From Escherichia coli (GTDB lineage: Bacteria > Pseudomonadota > Gammaproteobacteria > Enterobacterales > Enterobacteriaceae), in NCBI RefSeq assembly GCF_003334335.1, contig NZ_QOWQ01000004.1: a DNA stretch of 64,000 bases; one strand, given 5' to 3'. Every line of letters starts with the position of its first letter. The stretch's first letter is position 1. Of the stretch, positions 46,269 to 58,771 are shown in pieces. The translations under genes and the position numbers were made by a program. A model generated the notes under the pieces. That model was not told the origin of the DNA. It ran no database searches and saw only the letters and a list, made by a program, of their open reading frames with translations.

Positions 46269-46381
46269 AACGTATCCTGATAAATTGATGTTGTGCTGTC
46301 TGGCATTTTATCAGTCACATTGGTGGGGGCAATGATTTATCCGTAGCAGCACTGCCAGAAGGTGACAGTGCTGCTACGTTA

Positions 46382-47620
46382 TCAGGGATAGGTTACCTGG
46401 AAAGTACTGGTGGCTTTAAATTCGCCGGGTTCGATAGCAATATTCCCGTCTTGCTTTAATGTTGCCTGGAAATGAAGAGGCTGTGATGTGCCGTTACCTT
46501 GATTAGGGTAAACCCCATCGGAGGTGTCATCTTCGGTTTCATAATCTATATAAACAGAATTCGTATCATTAGGTTTTAATGTCATTAGCGGATTTTTACT
46601 GGTTGCTAAACCTTCAATGAGTACGCCAACGCCTTTGGCGGCAGTGCTTCCAGTAAGCGTATTACCAAGCAGTTGTGTGTTTTGAGTACCTACTTTTCCA
46701 GTGACGAGTTTTGTTTCAATATTACGCACACGAATACAATTCTGAAGCGAGATATCAAAGGGAACAGGTGAAGCGCCATTTTTAATTGTCCCAGAGCTAT
46801 ATTCTCCCATTCTAACCGTTGAACCATTGACTGATGGCCCGGTAAGTATGGAGGTAAAACATGTTGGTAAGGTTAATTTGACATTATTCAGTGTGAAATT
46901 GACATAAATGTGGTTGCTGTGATCTACAACTTTTGTACCAGGACTGTAGGCCTTAAACGAATAAAGGTAATTTGATGAACTGGATAACTGGACTTGCTGA
47001 TTAAGTGTAGGATCGAAATTAGTATCTGTATAAAATTCAACAGTTATGTTGTGTACTATACCACCAATAGCCCAAAACTTATCGTAGTCGTCTGCTTTGT
47101 TGCAACCCTTAGTTTGTAGATCGCTGTCTGTGACGGAAAAGAAAAATTCTTGGTTGGAAGGATCTCCGATATAGATTCCTGGCGATTGAATGTCAGTTAT
47201 TGTATCGTATGCAGACCAGACCCTTGATATTAACATGGTGTAATACAGACCAGGAACAGATGTATTAAATAGTTTATGTCCGCCATAATCTTTACCTGAA
47301 TAGACCATGGCATTTTCAATAGTTATTGGACCAGGATTCGCTCTGCCAGATGTATTGCAGTAAAGAATACCACCACCGGTACCTGTATCCAGGTATGACC
47401 AGTACATTTTTACCCCAGTCGGGCCGAGCTGCGTGGGTTTATAAAAAACCAAGTTGCTTGCTGTTGATGTGTAATTAAAGGTCATCTGTGCGGCAGTGGA
47501 GGGGCCTCGATAGTTATCAACTCCTGCATTATTTCCCACAATAAAACTTGTATATGCACTGACTGTATTACAACAAGAATACAGTGCTAAAAAAAGAATG
47601 TACCTGAAGATAGTCTTCAT
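46382..47620 (-). CDS. yadC: Fimbrial tip adhesin-like protein YadC
   Basis: 412 aa; signal peptide; C-terminal fimbrial subunit ending ...FQVTYP. Confidence 0.92.
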
Positions 47621-47669
47621 TTTTACTCCAATGTTTCTTTATTGTTATGGTTTGCGCTGTTTTTGTTTG

Positions 47670-48266
47670 TTATTCGTAGTAAATATCCACTAACACATGG
47701 CTCATAAGTTGACCAGATGTAACACTCAATGCAGGATCGATTTTTTGCATTCGGGTGCTAAATTTCCAGGATGAACCATTCATGTCATCCGACATTACTG
47801 GATAAACGGAACGAGATCCGCCTGAAGCATTAAGAACATTGAATGTATTCGCCGAATCCTGAGTAGAAAATATAACTACTCCTACATTACTTGCTCCTGA
47901 CGAAATTTCATTAGCAAATATTTGCCTAGAGCCAGCAGCCATGACACCGCTAAGGGCTCTAAAATCAATATGTAACTGATTTAGCACATCGCCAGTTCCC
48001 TGTAATGCACAGTCGGATACAGTGATAGTGAACTCTTTTCCACCTGGTTGATAACTTTCAGGAGTAACATTACCTGAAAAATATCCCACCCCAACGACGC
48101 CAAGATCAATATTACCCTGGTTACTGATTCCGCTTTTGCAGGTGCTGTTTTTTACATTGGCAACAAGGTCAATATCCTGTCCAGCAATGGCTGGACAGGC
48201 GATGCAAAACAGTAATGACAGAAACAGAATTATTCTCTTCATCAGCTTACGTTGAGTGGGATGCAT
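47670..48266 (-). CDS. yadK: Fimbrial subunit YadK
   Basis: 198 aa; signal peptide; C-terminal ...VDIYYE. Confidence 0.9.
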   Translation of the reverse strand: MHPTQRKLMKRIILFLSLLFCIACPAIAGQDIDLVANVKNSTCKSGISNQGNIDLGVVGVGYFSGNVTPESYQPGGKEFTITVSDCALQGTGDVLNQLHIDFRALSGVMAAGSRQIFANEISSGASNVGVVIFSTQDSANTFNVLNASGGSRSVYPVMSDDMNGSSWKFSTRMQKIDPALSVTSGQLMSHVLVDIYYE

Positions 48267-48292
48267 ATATAGTTCCTGAATCTGTAAGTCTG

Positions 48293-48898
48293 TTAGTTAT
48301 AGGTTACTGTAAATGTGGCTGGTGCAGAAAACTTACCCGCAGTGACATTGTTTACGGTTTTATTTTTTTCCACGACCAGGCGTGCACTCATCGGATAATA
48401 AACGACCGCATTGGCTGCAGTGGAGATTGTTACCTCTTGTGATGCTGGTGTTACACAGCTAAATTGTGTTGCACTCCCTGTTGCCGGAGTTACAGTGCTC
48501 CAGACTTCAACGGCGACAGCACTTGCTTTATCTGCGGCTGTGGAACCATTTGCAAACCCCGCACCGTCATTAGCAGTTCCCTCGCATGTGGCTCGCTTGG
48601 TTAATTTTATTTGCGCTTTTTTATTGGGGATACCCGCACAGTCTTTGAATTTGAGTTTGAATGTTTTTACTTTGGTCTTGGCATTGATTTCAGAAATATA
48701 TACATCACCAAAATCAACAACAGAAATGTCCTGATCAGAGTCATTTACTAATGTAGCGGTACAAGTACCCATTTCTACAGTAGTAATAACGGTCAGTCCA
48801 ATACTGTCTGTTGCCGCATAAGAGAGTACGCTGAACAATGAGGCAGCCAAAACGACACTGCTGGATAATCCATAACGTAAATTTTTAAATGTCATCAT
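48293..48898 (-). CDS. yadL: Fimbrial subunit YadL
   Basis: 201 aa; signal peptide; ends ...TFTVTYN. Confidence 0.9.
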   Translation of the reverse strand: MMTFKNLRYGLSSSVVLAASLFSVLSYAATDSIGLTVITTVEMGTCTATLVNDSDQDISVVDFGDVYISEINAKTKVKTFKLKFKDCAGIPNKKAQIKLTKRATCEGTANDGAGFANGSTAADKASAVAVEVWSTVTPATGSATQFSCVTPASQEVTISTAANAVVYYPMSARLVVEKNKTVNNVTAGKFSAPATFTVTYN

Positions 48899-48909
48899 AA
48901 TTATCCTTC

Positions 48910-49479
48910 TTATTGATAGATGAAATTAAACGTCGCCAGTGCACGAAAATTCCCCGGTACGCCTTGCCCTGCATCTGTTTCACGTAGCGCAACGGTCATT
49001 TCAAGACCCTTATCGGGCTGCATCTCGTCTGTGCTCCAGCGTATCTTTTCCGCACTGTTAGGTTTAAGGAAAGTGGCATCATCAGTAGTCCGTTTTTTGA
49101 AACCCATACCGATATTACTTGTCGTCGAAGATGAATCACCAGACTGCGGTATAATAAGCTTAGGTGAGCTTGATGATGCATTTCCGGTCAGAGTGGTATC
49201 AATCCAACTGATGCCACTGCTGCACCCACTGGCAACCAGTTTAAAATCAGCCTGAGATTCTGTCGTTTTATTCGCGATCTTATCCAGACCCATCTTAGGG
49301 ATTCTCAATGTGTAGTTATTATTGCCATCATTCGTGACGTTATTACCAGTAAGTGTGATGTTACAGGTTGTCGCTTTGACAGTGGCTGTAAACTCTACAT
49401 TAATATCCGTTGCAAATACTGAGGGTGATAATAATATTCCCATCAGTATCACTATTTTATGTGGCGTTGTTTTTATCAT
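48910..49479 (-). CDS. yadM: Fimbrial subunit YadM
   Basis: 189 aa starting MIKTTPHKIVILMGILLSPSVFA; ends ...TFNFIYQ; track ORF extends 14 codons upstream. Confidence 0.88.
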   Translation of the reverse strand: MIKTTPHKIVILMGILLSPSVFATDINVEFTATVKATTCNITLTGNNVTNDGNNNYTLRIPKMGLDKIANKTTESQADFKLVASGCSSGISWIDTTLTGNASSSSPKLIIPQSGDSSSTTSNIGMGFKKRTTDDATFLKPNSAEKIRWSTDEMQPDKGLEMTVALRETDAGQGVPGNFRALATFNFIYQ

Positions 49480-49495
49480 TTGACGTCCCTTGTAG

Positions 49496-52093
49496 TTACT
49501 GAATCTGACACCGAATTCCATTCAGAATAATAGATTGTGCTATTTTTTCTGCTTCTGGGCTTTGTTGATAATGCGCAAGACAACTTACGGGTTTACTTTG
49601 TTCGAGCCATTTAATGCTGATATTTCCCTGCTGCTCAATACCACGAACAAATGCTTGTCCACCCTGTCCAACATTACCAATGACATTGCCTTGCTCATCA
49701 TAAATATCTGCAGCAAATGGAATATTTTTACCATCACTTCGTGTGATGTTCATAATGGCTGATTGCCCTTGCACGGTTTCAAAATCAGCAAAGACGACTG
49801 AACCCTGACGCGGTACAGCTACTGCACTGGTACTTTTTAATTCAACATCGTTCTCAAGATCGTTGATATCCAGCGCGATACGGTTTTCATGATAAGGAGA
49901 AAGAGCGCTGGTGACACCATAACCCCATCGATCGATAGTACTGTTGCCATAATTTATTCGCGCTCCTTGAGCACCTGGAGCCTGAACTACCGCCAGTGTA
50001 TCGGAGTCGCTAAAACTATCATTACTGAAAGTCAGTCCACCGCTATGCAATACAAAACCACCGTCGGTGCTGAGAGAAACTTGACGGCTGTTATCGCTAT
50101 TTGCAGAAATTGAACCTGCCAGCGTTCCCCATGGTGACTCATAGCTGGCATAACCCCCAACATAACTCAAATCTTTGCTGGCTTTATTCATCGTATAGCC
50201 AGTATTCACGCTATAACTGACGCGAGCGTTATCGCTATAGCCACTGCTGCTAACGTTGAGTTGGTTATTACCCTTAAAGTCACTGCTTATTTGAGTATCA
50301 ATACTCTGGAAACCTGAAGTACGTTGTTCAGTGCCAAGTAATTTTTCAATTGGAATGGTGAAACTAAGATAAACGCTATCGTCAGTGTCGCCGTCTTCAT
50401 TCCATGAACGCTGGGCACTGACACTGTAGCTGCCCCAGGATGTACTGTTACTGTAGCCAATAGAGTAATTGCTACGATTTTGTCCGGAAGCCCAGTAATC
50501 GGACCAACTTCCGGAAAGATAAAATGAACCGTAATCTTTTTTCTCAAATTTCAACGGTTGGTTAATACTGACCGTAACCTGATTTTTCATGCGTGAGTAA
50601 TTACGCATGGATTTCGGTTCAAGATCTTGTTCGGGATGTTTCACTTCATCAATTAGAGTTAGTGCATCATTAAGACCAAGGTAATTCTGTGTCGAATAGC
50701 GATAGGCCGCGATATTCAGTGAAGTACTTGTTTCTTCGAATAACTTGTTCCAGGAAACACGATAACTTTGCCCCTGGTATGTTTTATCATCCGGGATACG
50801 AACATTGGAATGAGTCACATCGAAAGAAAATGCACCAACTGAAGTATTCAGACCAAGACCTAACAAACCAGCGGTATAGTTATTATCGGTTATCTGAATA
50901 CCGGTATAACCCGTCAGATAGTTATTCAGGCCGTAGTAGTAGCTTGCTTGAAATAAATTAGGCTCATCCTGAATATCATCTTTTAAGACCTGACCGCCGC
51001 TAATATCCCAACGTCCAACGCCAGGGCGTAACATTTGAACAACGGATGAGAAAGGTTGCGAGAATGTCCGCTTTGAGCCATCGGATTCTTCGATGGTAAC
51101 AATAAGATCGCTGCCGTACCCTGACGGACTCAGATCATCAATGACGAAAGCGCCTGGCGGCACCGTCGTTTCATAAATCTTATAGCCACCTTGCGTAATA
51201 GTGACTTTGGCGTTGGTATTGGCAACGCCATGAATGATAGGCGCAAAGCTGGCTAAAGTCGGAGGCAACATGCGGCTGTCACTGTATAAACGAATGCCTC
51301 GGATACTGACGGAATCAAAGGTTTCGCCCGTCGTATAAGACTCACCAAGAATGAGTTGAGAACGCAGCGAGGCGATATCACGCTGAACATACCGATTCTT
51401 AAAATCATAATTACTGCCAGAATCGGTCATCCAGTTGTAGTTGCCCGAGGCACGCAGTCGCCATGCACCTAAATTCATCCCACCGTTAAATGCAGCATAA
51501 ATGCTTTCATTTTTTCGACCAGGGGTTTCACTATGATATCCGTTGAGGTTGTATGACAACATGGCCGCATTAATGCCGTTTTCCCATAACGATGGATCAA
51601 CATAGTTTTGGTAATTTTTCATTACCCAGGCTTGAGGAACGTCTATATCCAGACGTTGATCGTTAACGTCATAACGAACAGAAGCCTGAGGGATAATTTC
51701 CGTCAAATTGAGGCAATTGCCGAGCGTTTCATCCCTGGCAAGCAGAACGGCTTTTTCGTTATTTATATCGGGAGAATTAATATGAAACTGCAATAAATTC
51801 TTTAATGTGATACAAGCCTGGGCGTTCTTTTTTCCTTCAATTGCGACAAATGTAATACTTTGGTTAATGATTGGTTGGTCGTTTACATAAACACTGACGT
51901 CGTAAACACCCGGTATAGCGGGGTTACCTTCACTGTACCGGCTGAGATCAATATTAGATGCATTCTGCCCCATCAGGAAGGTATGGTCATATTCAACGAG
52001 TTCAGCACTGAAAGCAGTATTGCAATACAGCAGCGCGCAAAACGTGGCGATACGGGTCAGATGATGATAATTTTTAGTATATTCTATAGTCAC
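49496..52093 (-). CDS. htrE: Outer-membrane fimbrial usher HtrE
   Basis: 865 aa usher protein recognised. Confidence 0.96.
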   Translation of the reverse strand: MTIEYTKNYHHLTRIATFCALLYCNTAFSAELVEYDHTFLMGQNASNIDLSRYSEGNPAIPGVYDVSVYVNDQPIINQSITFVAIEGKKNAQACITLKNLLQFHINSPDINNEKAVLLARDETLGNCLNLTEIIPQASVRYDVNDQRLDIDVPQAWVMKNYQNYVDPSLWENGINAAMLSYNLNGYHSETPGRKNESIYAAFNGGMNLGAWRLRASGNYNWMTDSGSNYDFKNRYVQRDIASLRSQLILGESYTTGETFDSVSIRGIRLYSDSRMLPPTLASFAPIIHGVANTNAKVTITQGGYKIYETTVPPGAFVIDDLSPSGYGSDLIVTIEESDGSKRTFSQPFSSVVQMLRPGVGRWDISGGQVLKDDIQDEPNLFQASYYYGLNNYLTGYTGIQITDNNYTAGLLGLGLNTSVGAFSFDVTHSNVRIPDDKTYQGQSYRVSWNKLFEETSTSLNIAAYRYSTQNYLGLNDALTLIDEVKHPEQDLEPKSMRNYSRMKNQVTVSINQPLKFEKKDYGSFYLSGSWSDYWASGQNRSNYSIGYSNSTSWGSYSVSAQRSWNEDGDTDDSVYLSFTIPIEKLLGTEQRTSGFQSIDTQISSDFKGNNQLNVSSSGYSDNARVSYSVNTGYTMNKASKDLSYVGGYASYESPWGTLAGSISANSDNSRQVSLSTDGGFVLHSGGLTFSNDSFSDSDTLAVVQAPGAQGARINYGNSTIDRWGYGVTSALSPYHENRIALDINDLENDVELKSTSAVAVPRQGSVVFADFETVQGQSAIMNITRSDGKNIPFAADIYDEQGNVIGNVGQGGQAFVRGIEQQGNISIKWLEQSKPVSCLAHYQQSPEAEKIAQSIILNGIRCQIQ

Positions 52094-52127
52094 GCTATGC
52101 TTCCTGCGGAATTATATCCTTGCCTGA

Positions 52128-52868
52128 TTACAGCCTGGCATTACCTTCAATTGCGCCACCAAAGTCATTAATGGCGTAAAAATGCACTTTTGCAGAATTC
52201 GCTTTGCCATTAAGGCCATTGACTTTCATGACCTCATCACTAAATGGTGCAATCATTTTCACATCAATCGGATAGCGTTTACCGCTAGCTTCTAAATCAC
52301 CACTGCTAAAAGAGACGTAGTAAGGGGTTGGATTGGTCACTCGTAATGACGCCTTACCTTCTGAACCTGACCAGAACCACTTCAGGGCTAACGGGGCTTC
52401 AGAGGGATTTCCCTTCAATCCATCCGGGCGATAGAAAAGTTTTATACGTGTGCGAAATGCCAGTTGCAGCAGGCTTTGATTCGCGACCTTTTCTGCATCT
52501 GGTTTTGGTGGAACTTCCAGTACGTTAAACCAGAACACGCTCTCTCTGTCTTTAGGCAGTGAGGTGCTGGCTGTGTACATTAATTTGATTGTTTGCCCAC
52601 GTTTGGCATCAATACGCGATACTGGCGGCGTAGCAGTAAAAGGGACTGTAATACTGCCAGGCTCAGCGTTGTCATCGCCAGTATCTAACCAACTCTGGAC
52701 AAGCAACGGGTTATTCCCTTTATTTTCCAGACGTACGTTGACACTTTTTTGATCGCTTTTATATATTACGCGAGTACCCGAAATGACAATGTCCGCAATA
52801 GACGATGAACTAAAAGCCATACAGGTTACGAAGCATAAAGCTGTTGTATGTTTGGTGTTAAAAAACAT
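52128..52868 (-). CDS. yadV: Periplasmic fimbrial chaperone YadV (EcpD)
   Basis: 246 aa PapD-like chaperone; signal peptide. Confidence 0.95.
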   Translation of the reverse strand: MFFNTKHTTALCFVTCMAFSSSSIADIVISGTRVIYKSDQKSVNVRLENKGNNPLLVQSWLDTGDDNAEPGSITVPFTATPPVSRIDAKRGQTIKLMYTASTSLPKDRESVFWFNVLEVPPKPDAEKVANQSLLQLAFRTRIKLFYRPDGLKGNPSEAPLALKWFWSGSEGKASLRVTNPTPYYVSFSSGDLEASGKRYPIDVKMIAPFSDEVMKVNGLNGKANSAKVHFYAINDFGGAIEGNARL

Positions 52869-52965
52869 AAACCATCCCTGATAGAGTTAATTAAAACAGG
52901 GAATAATATAAAATAGAAATTATTATTCCCTGTATATTCATTCAATCAATTTAACTGGTGAATAC

Positions 52966-53550
52966 TTACTGATAAGTAATGGTGTATGCAGTGTTAGTTT
53001 TTACATAACCAGCAGTTGCTGTTTGGTCTGCGACGGCACGAACGTAAGACGCTTTAAAATCATAAACAGCAGATTTTGTCGTTGCATCCAGGGCTTTAGT
53101 ATACACATCGCCAGGGTTGTTAATTTGAACCTGTTTGATAGTGGAACCATCAATATTGTGTAGAGCGATATTAACGCCGTCAGATGGGTTGTTAATAGAC
53201 ATGTCGTTGTTCAAAGTCCCTTTGCTGTTACCAAAGAAAACAGAACCGAAGGTCATTTTAGCCGTGCTACCTGGATTCGGATTTGCTTTGCTGCAGTCAA
53301 CGGTGATGCTGAAAGGTTTAGCTTTAGCGCCAACGGTGTCATTCAGTACGCCAGCATCGATTTCACCAACGGTTGCGGTTTGCAGCAGGATCAGACCATC
53401 CTTGTTACCGCCGTCAACGCGGGTTTCACAGGTGTTATCAACAACCAGACCACTGATATTTAACTGACCGCCGTCCATATCAGCAGAAGCAGTACCTGCA
53501 ACCATCGCCAGCATAAGACCAGACAGGGCAAAACCTAATTTTTTAGACAT
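52966..53550 (-). CDS. yadN: Major fimbrial subunit YadN
   Basis: 194 aa; signal peptide [23 protein letters not shown]; ends ...YTITYQ; first gene of the operon. Confidence 0.93.
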
Positions 53551-53919
53551 AAAAATCCTTTAATAAAATTCCATTAGTCAGACTACATGTTTGAAGAATG
53601 ACTATTCATGACACAAATAGGAGAAACAAATGTTAGATATTAATGAGCAATGATATTTGTTACCCAAATTTACAACCATTGTTCATTAGGTCGCCTATTG
53701 TGCACTTTAGAAGCTTTTGAACAAATTAAATTTACTTAATTCAAAATTAAGTAAAAATAAGTTCACAAGTGCAATTGGTTAGGGTATGGAGATGGGATTG
53801 ATATTTATTTATAGGAAGTTATATTATTTCCGCAAAGAGATGTTTAAACTAAAATCGTAATTAAGGAAAGAGATGAGATATGATTTTCAGAAAATATTTA
53901 TATTCGCAATATAAATAAA
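53551..53919 (-). promoter_or_regulatory. AT-rich upstream region of the yadN fimbrial operon (likely nucleoid-protein-silenced promoter)
   Basis: About 370 bp of strongly AT-rich non-coding DNA 5' of yadN; no specific sites resolved. Confidence 0.5.
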
Positions 53920-54399
53920 TTACCATTTGTTTAATTTGTCAAATGCTCTTGTATGTAAGATTTGACGCAACATCTCCCCATCAGGAAACACCAACTCCGG
54001 CGCGATTTCAAACAGCGGCCACAGCATAAATCCACGATTCTTCATATCGTAGTGCGGAACGGTCAGGCGTTCAGTATTTATCACTTCATTACCAAACAGC
54101 ATGATGTCGAGATCCAGCGTGCGTGGTCCCCAGCGTTCAGCTTTGCGGACGCGACCTTGCTGCAATTCAATACGCTGTGTGTGATTGAGTAGCTCTTCAG
54201 GTGCAAGAGAGGTTTCCAGCGCCACGGCTGCGTTTAAGTAATCGGGTTGATCTTGCGGCCCCAGCGGTGGGGTGCGGTAAAACGAAGAAACGGTAAGAAT
54301 GTGGCTTTCAGGGATATCGCCTAATGCTTTCAGGGCAGCATTGACCTGCTCCAGCGGAGAGGCCAGATTGCTGCCTATGGCAATATACGCCACTGTCAT
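53920..54399 (-). CDS. folK: 2-amino-4-hydroxy-6-hydroxymethyldihydropteridine pyrophosphokinase FolK
   Basis: 159 aa ORF recognised; 4-nt overlap with pcnB stop. Confidence 0.96.
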
Positions 54400-55793
54400 G
54401 CGGTACCCTCACGACGTGGTGCGCGTTTGCGTGGACGACGAGTACGACGACGCGGTGACGGTTCTTCATCCAGCTCGTTGAGCATCCCTTTTTGGTCTGG
54501 TGGCGCGGAAACCTGGAACTCACCCCACCATTTCACCAGACGCTGCAGTTCAGCGTTACGCTCAACTTCAGCTCGCAAGGCCAACAGGTCATAAGCCGCA
54601 CGGAACTTAGGATGCTCCAGCAGTTTCCATGCGCGTTTACCCTGACGACGGGACATACGCAACTGCAACTGCCAGATATCGCGGGTTAATGTCGTCAGAC
54701 GTTTCGGGATTGCCAGTGAACGGCAGGCTTCGTCCAGCACGTCGTTCATCGCCAGCGCGAAAGCGTCGTGATAGGTCAGGCCGCTTTCCTGGGCGATCTT
54801 CTGTGCCGTCTCCAGCAGTGGGTACCAGAACATGGCGGCAAACAGGAACGCCGGGTTCACGCGCATATCGTTATGGATACGCGTATCGGTATTCTTCAGC
54901 ACCTGTTCAATGATCCGCTCCATCGGGCTGTCGCCATTTTCCGTGAAGTAGCGGGTAATGGTCGGGAACAGCGGCTGGAACAGATGATATTCACACAACA
55001 GCTTATAGGTTTCGTAACCGTAGCCCGCTTGTAGCAGTTTAAGCGATTCTTCAAACAGGCGTGCCGGTGGGATATCGTTCAGCAGGGTAGCGAGGCGAGG
55101 GATCGGTTCTGCGGTTTCCGGGCTGATGCGCATACCCAATTTGGCGGCAAAACGTACCGCGCGCAGCATACGTACCGGATCTTCACGGTAGCGCGTTTCC
55201 GGGTTACCAATCAGACGGATAACGCCGTCCTTCAGATCCTTCATGCCGCCAACGTAATCACGGACGGTAAAATCCGCTACGCTGTAATACAGGCTGTTGA
55301 TAGTGAAATCGCGGCGCTGGGCGTCTTCTTCGATGGAGCCGAAAATGTTGTCGCGCAGCAACATGCCGTTTTGCCCGCGTTGGGAGGTCGTGCGGTCGCT
55401 GACGTTACCTTCGTGGTGTCCACGGAAGGTCGCAACTTCGATAATCTCCGGGCCAAACATTACATGAGCCAGACGGAAACGGCGACCCACCAGGCGGCAG
55501 TTACGGAACAGTTTGCGCACCTGCTCAGGCGTGGCGTTAGTGGTTACGTCAAAATCTTTCGGCTTTTTGCCAAGTAACAGGTCGCGCACGCCGCCGCCAA
55601 CCAGCCAGGCTTCGTATCCCGCTTTATTGAGCCTGTACATTACCTTCAGGGCATTTTCACTGATATCTTTGCGGGAAATAGCATGCTGCTCACGCGGGAT
55701 CACCGTCACCTGTGGACGGGCGACTGCCTGTTCAGCCTCGCTTTCCTCGCGGCTTAGCACCTTGCGGCAAAAATTAGCGACTCGGGTAAAAAT
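54396..55793 (-). CDS. pcnB: Poly(A) polymerase I PcnB (non-canonical AUU start)
   Basis: 465 aa from Ile codon ATT ([12 protein letters not shown]...); nucleotidyltransferase motif [12 protein letters not shown]; track ORF starts 7 codons upstream. Confidence 0.85.
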
Positions 55794-55852
55794 AGTACAC
55801 CTCGGTAGTGTCAAACATCATTCAGGACAAAAAAATAGCGGCTAATCATAGC

Positions 55853-56779
55853 TCAGCATGACGCATTTGAGAATGTTGAATTTACAATTGCCGACTCGGG
55901 CACGGCGGTAAGCCGCCAGTTTTTGACGGCTGACTGAAGGATTTGCTCGACGCTGAAATCCTGCCAGTGTGCTTCTGCCTGCTGCCCCAGAAATTGAAGT
56001 GCCGCGATTAGTACCGGGCGTGGATCGCCTTTCGGCAGCGCAGGCGCATGATTCTGCTTGGAAAGTTTAGCGCCTTGTGGATTAAGCGCCAGCGGCAGAT
56101 GAATGTAATCTGGCACTTTCCAGCCAAAAAGCTGGTACAGCGAGATTTGCCTTACTGTTGGTTCAATCAGATCAGCCCCACGCACTATTTCTGTAACGCC
56201 CTGGAAATGATCATCAACCACAACAGCCAGGTTGTAGGCGAACAACCCATCACGGCGATGAATGATAAAATCTTCCCGTGCCAGTTTTTCGTCGGCGTGA
56301 ATAATGCCGCGCAGCTGGTCAGTAAATTGCGTGACCGGATGCTGCTGGCGGATACGCACTGCGGCGTTGTCTGGTCCATGATGCAACACCCGGCAATGAC
56401 CGTCGTAAATACCGCCAATGCTTTGAATACGCGCACGCGTACAGGTGCAGTAATAACTTAGTCCTTGTTCATGTAACCAGGCGAGTGCTTCACGATAGGC
56501 GTCGTGACGTTGCGATTGCCAGAGAACATCGCCGTCCCAGTGCAGACCGTAATGTTCCAGCTGGCGCAGGATAGTTTCTGCGGCACCGGGAACTTCACGA
56601 GGCGGGTCGATATCTTCTATGCGTACCAGCCAGCGACCTTGCCGGGCGCGAGCCTGCAAATAGCTGCCGAGCGCGGCGATCAGAGAGCCAAAATGAAGCT
56701 CGCCGGAAGGAGAGGGGGCGAAGCGGCCAATATACTGTGTGTCTGTCATCTCTTTGAACAAAAAATAAGGCGGGAGCAT
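55853..56779 (-). CDS. gluQ: Glutamyl-Q tRNA(Asp) synthetase GluQ (YadB)
   Basis: 308 aa ORF; HIGH-like [12 protein letters not shown] motif; alternative start MTDTQY 10 codons downstream at 56749. Confidence 0.88.
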   Translation of the reverse strand: MLPPYFLFKEMTDTQYIGRFAPSPSGELHFGSLIAALGSYLQARARQGRWLVRIEDIDPPREVPGAAETILRQLEHYGLHWDGDVLWQSQRHDAYREALAWLHEQGLSYYCTCTRARIQSIGGIYDGHCRVLHHGPDNAAVRIRQQHPVTQFTDQLRGIIHADEKLAREDFIIHRRDGLFAYNLAVVVDDHFQGVTEIVRGADLIEPTVRQISLYQLFGWKVPDYIHLPLALNPQGAKLSKQNHAPALPKGDPRPVLIAALQFLGQQAEAHWQDFSVEQILQSAVKNWRLTAVPESAIVNSTFSNASC

Positions 56780-56815
56780 TTCCCGCCTGTGGTAAACGTG
56801 ATGGAACGGCTGTAA

Positions 56816-57271
56816 TTAGCCAGCCATCTGTTTTTCGCGAATTTCAGCCAGCGTTTTGCAGTCGATGCACAGATCGGCTGTCGGGCGCGCTTCCAGACGG
56901 CGAATACCAATTTCAACACCGCAGGATTCGCAGTAGCCGAAATCTTCGTCTTCCACTTTTTTCAGCGTCTTCTCGATCTTTTTGATCAGCTTACGCTCGC
57001 GATCGCGGTTACGCAGTTCGAGGCTGAACTCTTCTTCCTGGGCTGCACGGTCTACCGGGTCCGGGAAGTTGGCTGCTTCATCCTGCATATGTGTAACGGT
57101 GCGATCGACTTCATCCCTGAGTTGATTACGCCATGCTTCCAGAATACGACGGAAGTGCGCCAGCTGGGCTTCATTCATATACTCTTCGCCCGGCTTCTCC
57201 TGATATGGTTCCACCCCAGCGATGGCGAGAATACTCAGGGACGATGTTTTACGGTTTTGCCCTTCTTGCAT
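56816..57271 (-). CDS. dksA: RNA polymerase-binding transcription factor DksA
   Basis: 151 aa starting [14 protein letters not shown]; C4 zinc finger CESCG...CIDC. Confidence 0.96.
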   Translation of the reverse strand: MQEGQNRKTSSLSILAIAGVEPYQEKPGEEYMNEAQLAHFRRILEAWRNQLRDEVDRTVTHMQDEAANFPDPVDRAAQEEEFSLELRNRDRERKLIKKIEKTLKKVEDEDFGYCESCGVEIGIRRLEARPTADLCIDCKTLAEIREKQMAG

Positions 57272-57448
57272 GTTGCTTCTCCTTAACACGCACTATCGAT
57301 CCCCATGTTCGGGGGAAAAATGAGGCCGCTATAAATAGCAGATGCTTTTCCGGATAGCAATTATCTAAACGTAACACTTGACAACTGTGTGAGGAAAAGC
57401 GTATTTGCGCACGCGACCAGAATGTAAATTAACCAGTTACTTACTTTA

Positions 57449-58698
<1,250 letters not shown>

Positions 58699-58771
58699 GT
58701 GAGGCACTCGGTTATGAATTACCGCGATGCTACAATGTGGCGCGAAGAATGTTAACCCTCTGGAGCGTTTT

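Noticed and set aside
53551-53919. Possible missing gene in the 370-bp gap upstream of yadN
   Set aside because: No ORF of 60 aa or more, and the AT-rich composition fits a silenced fimbrial promoter region rather than coding sequence.
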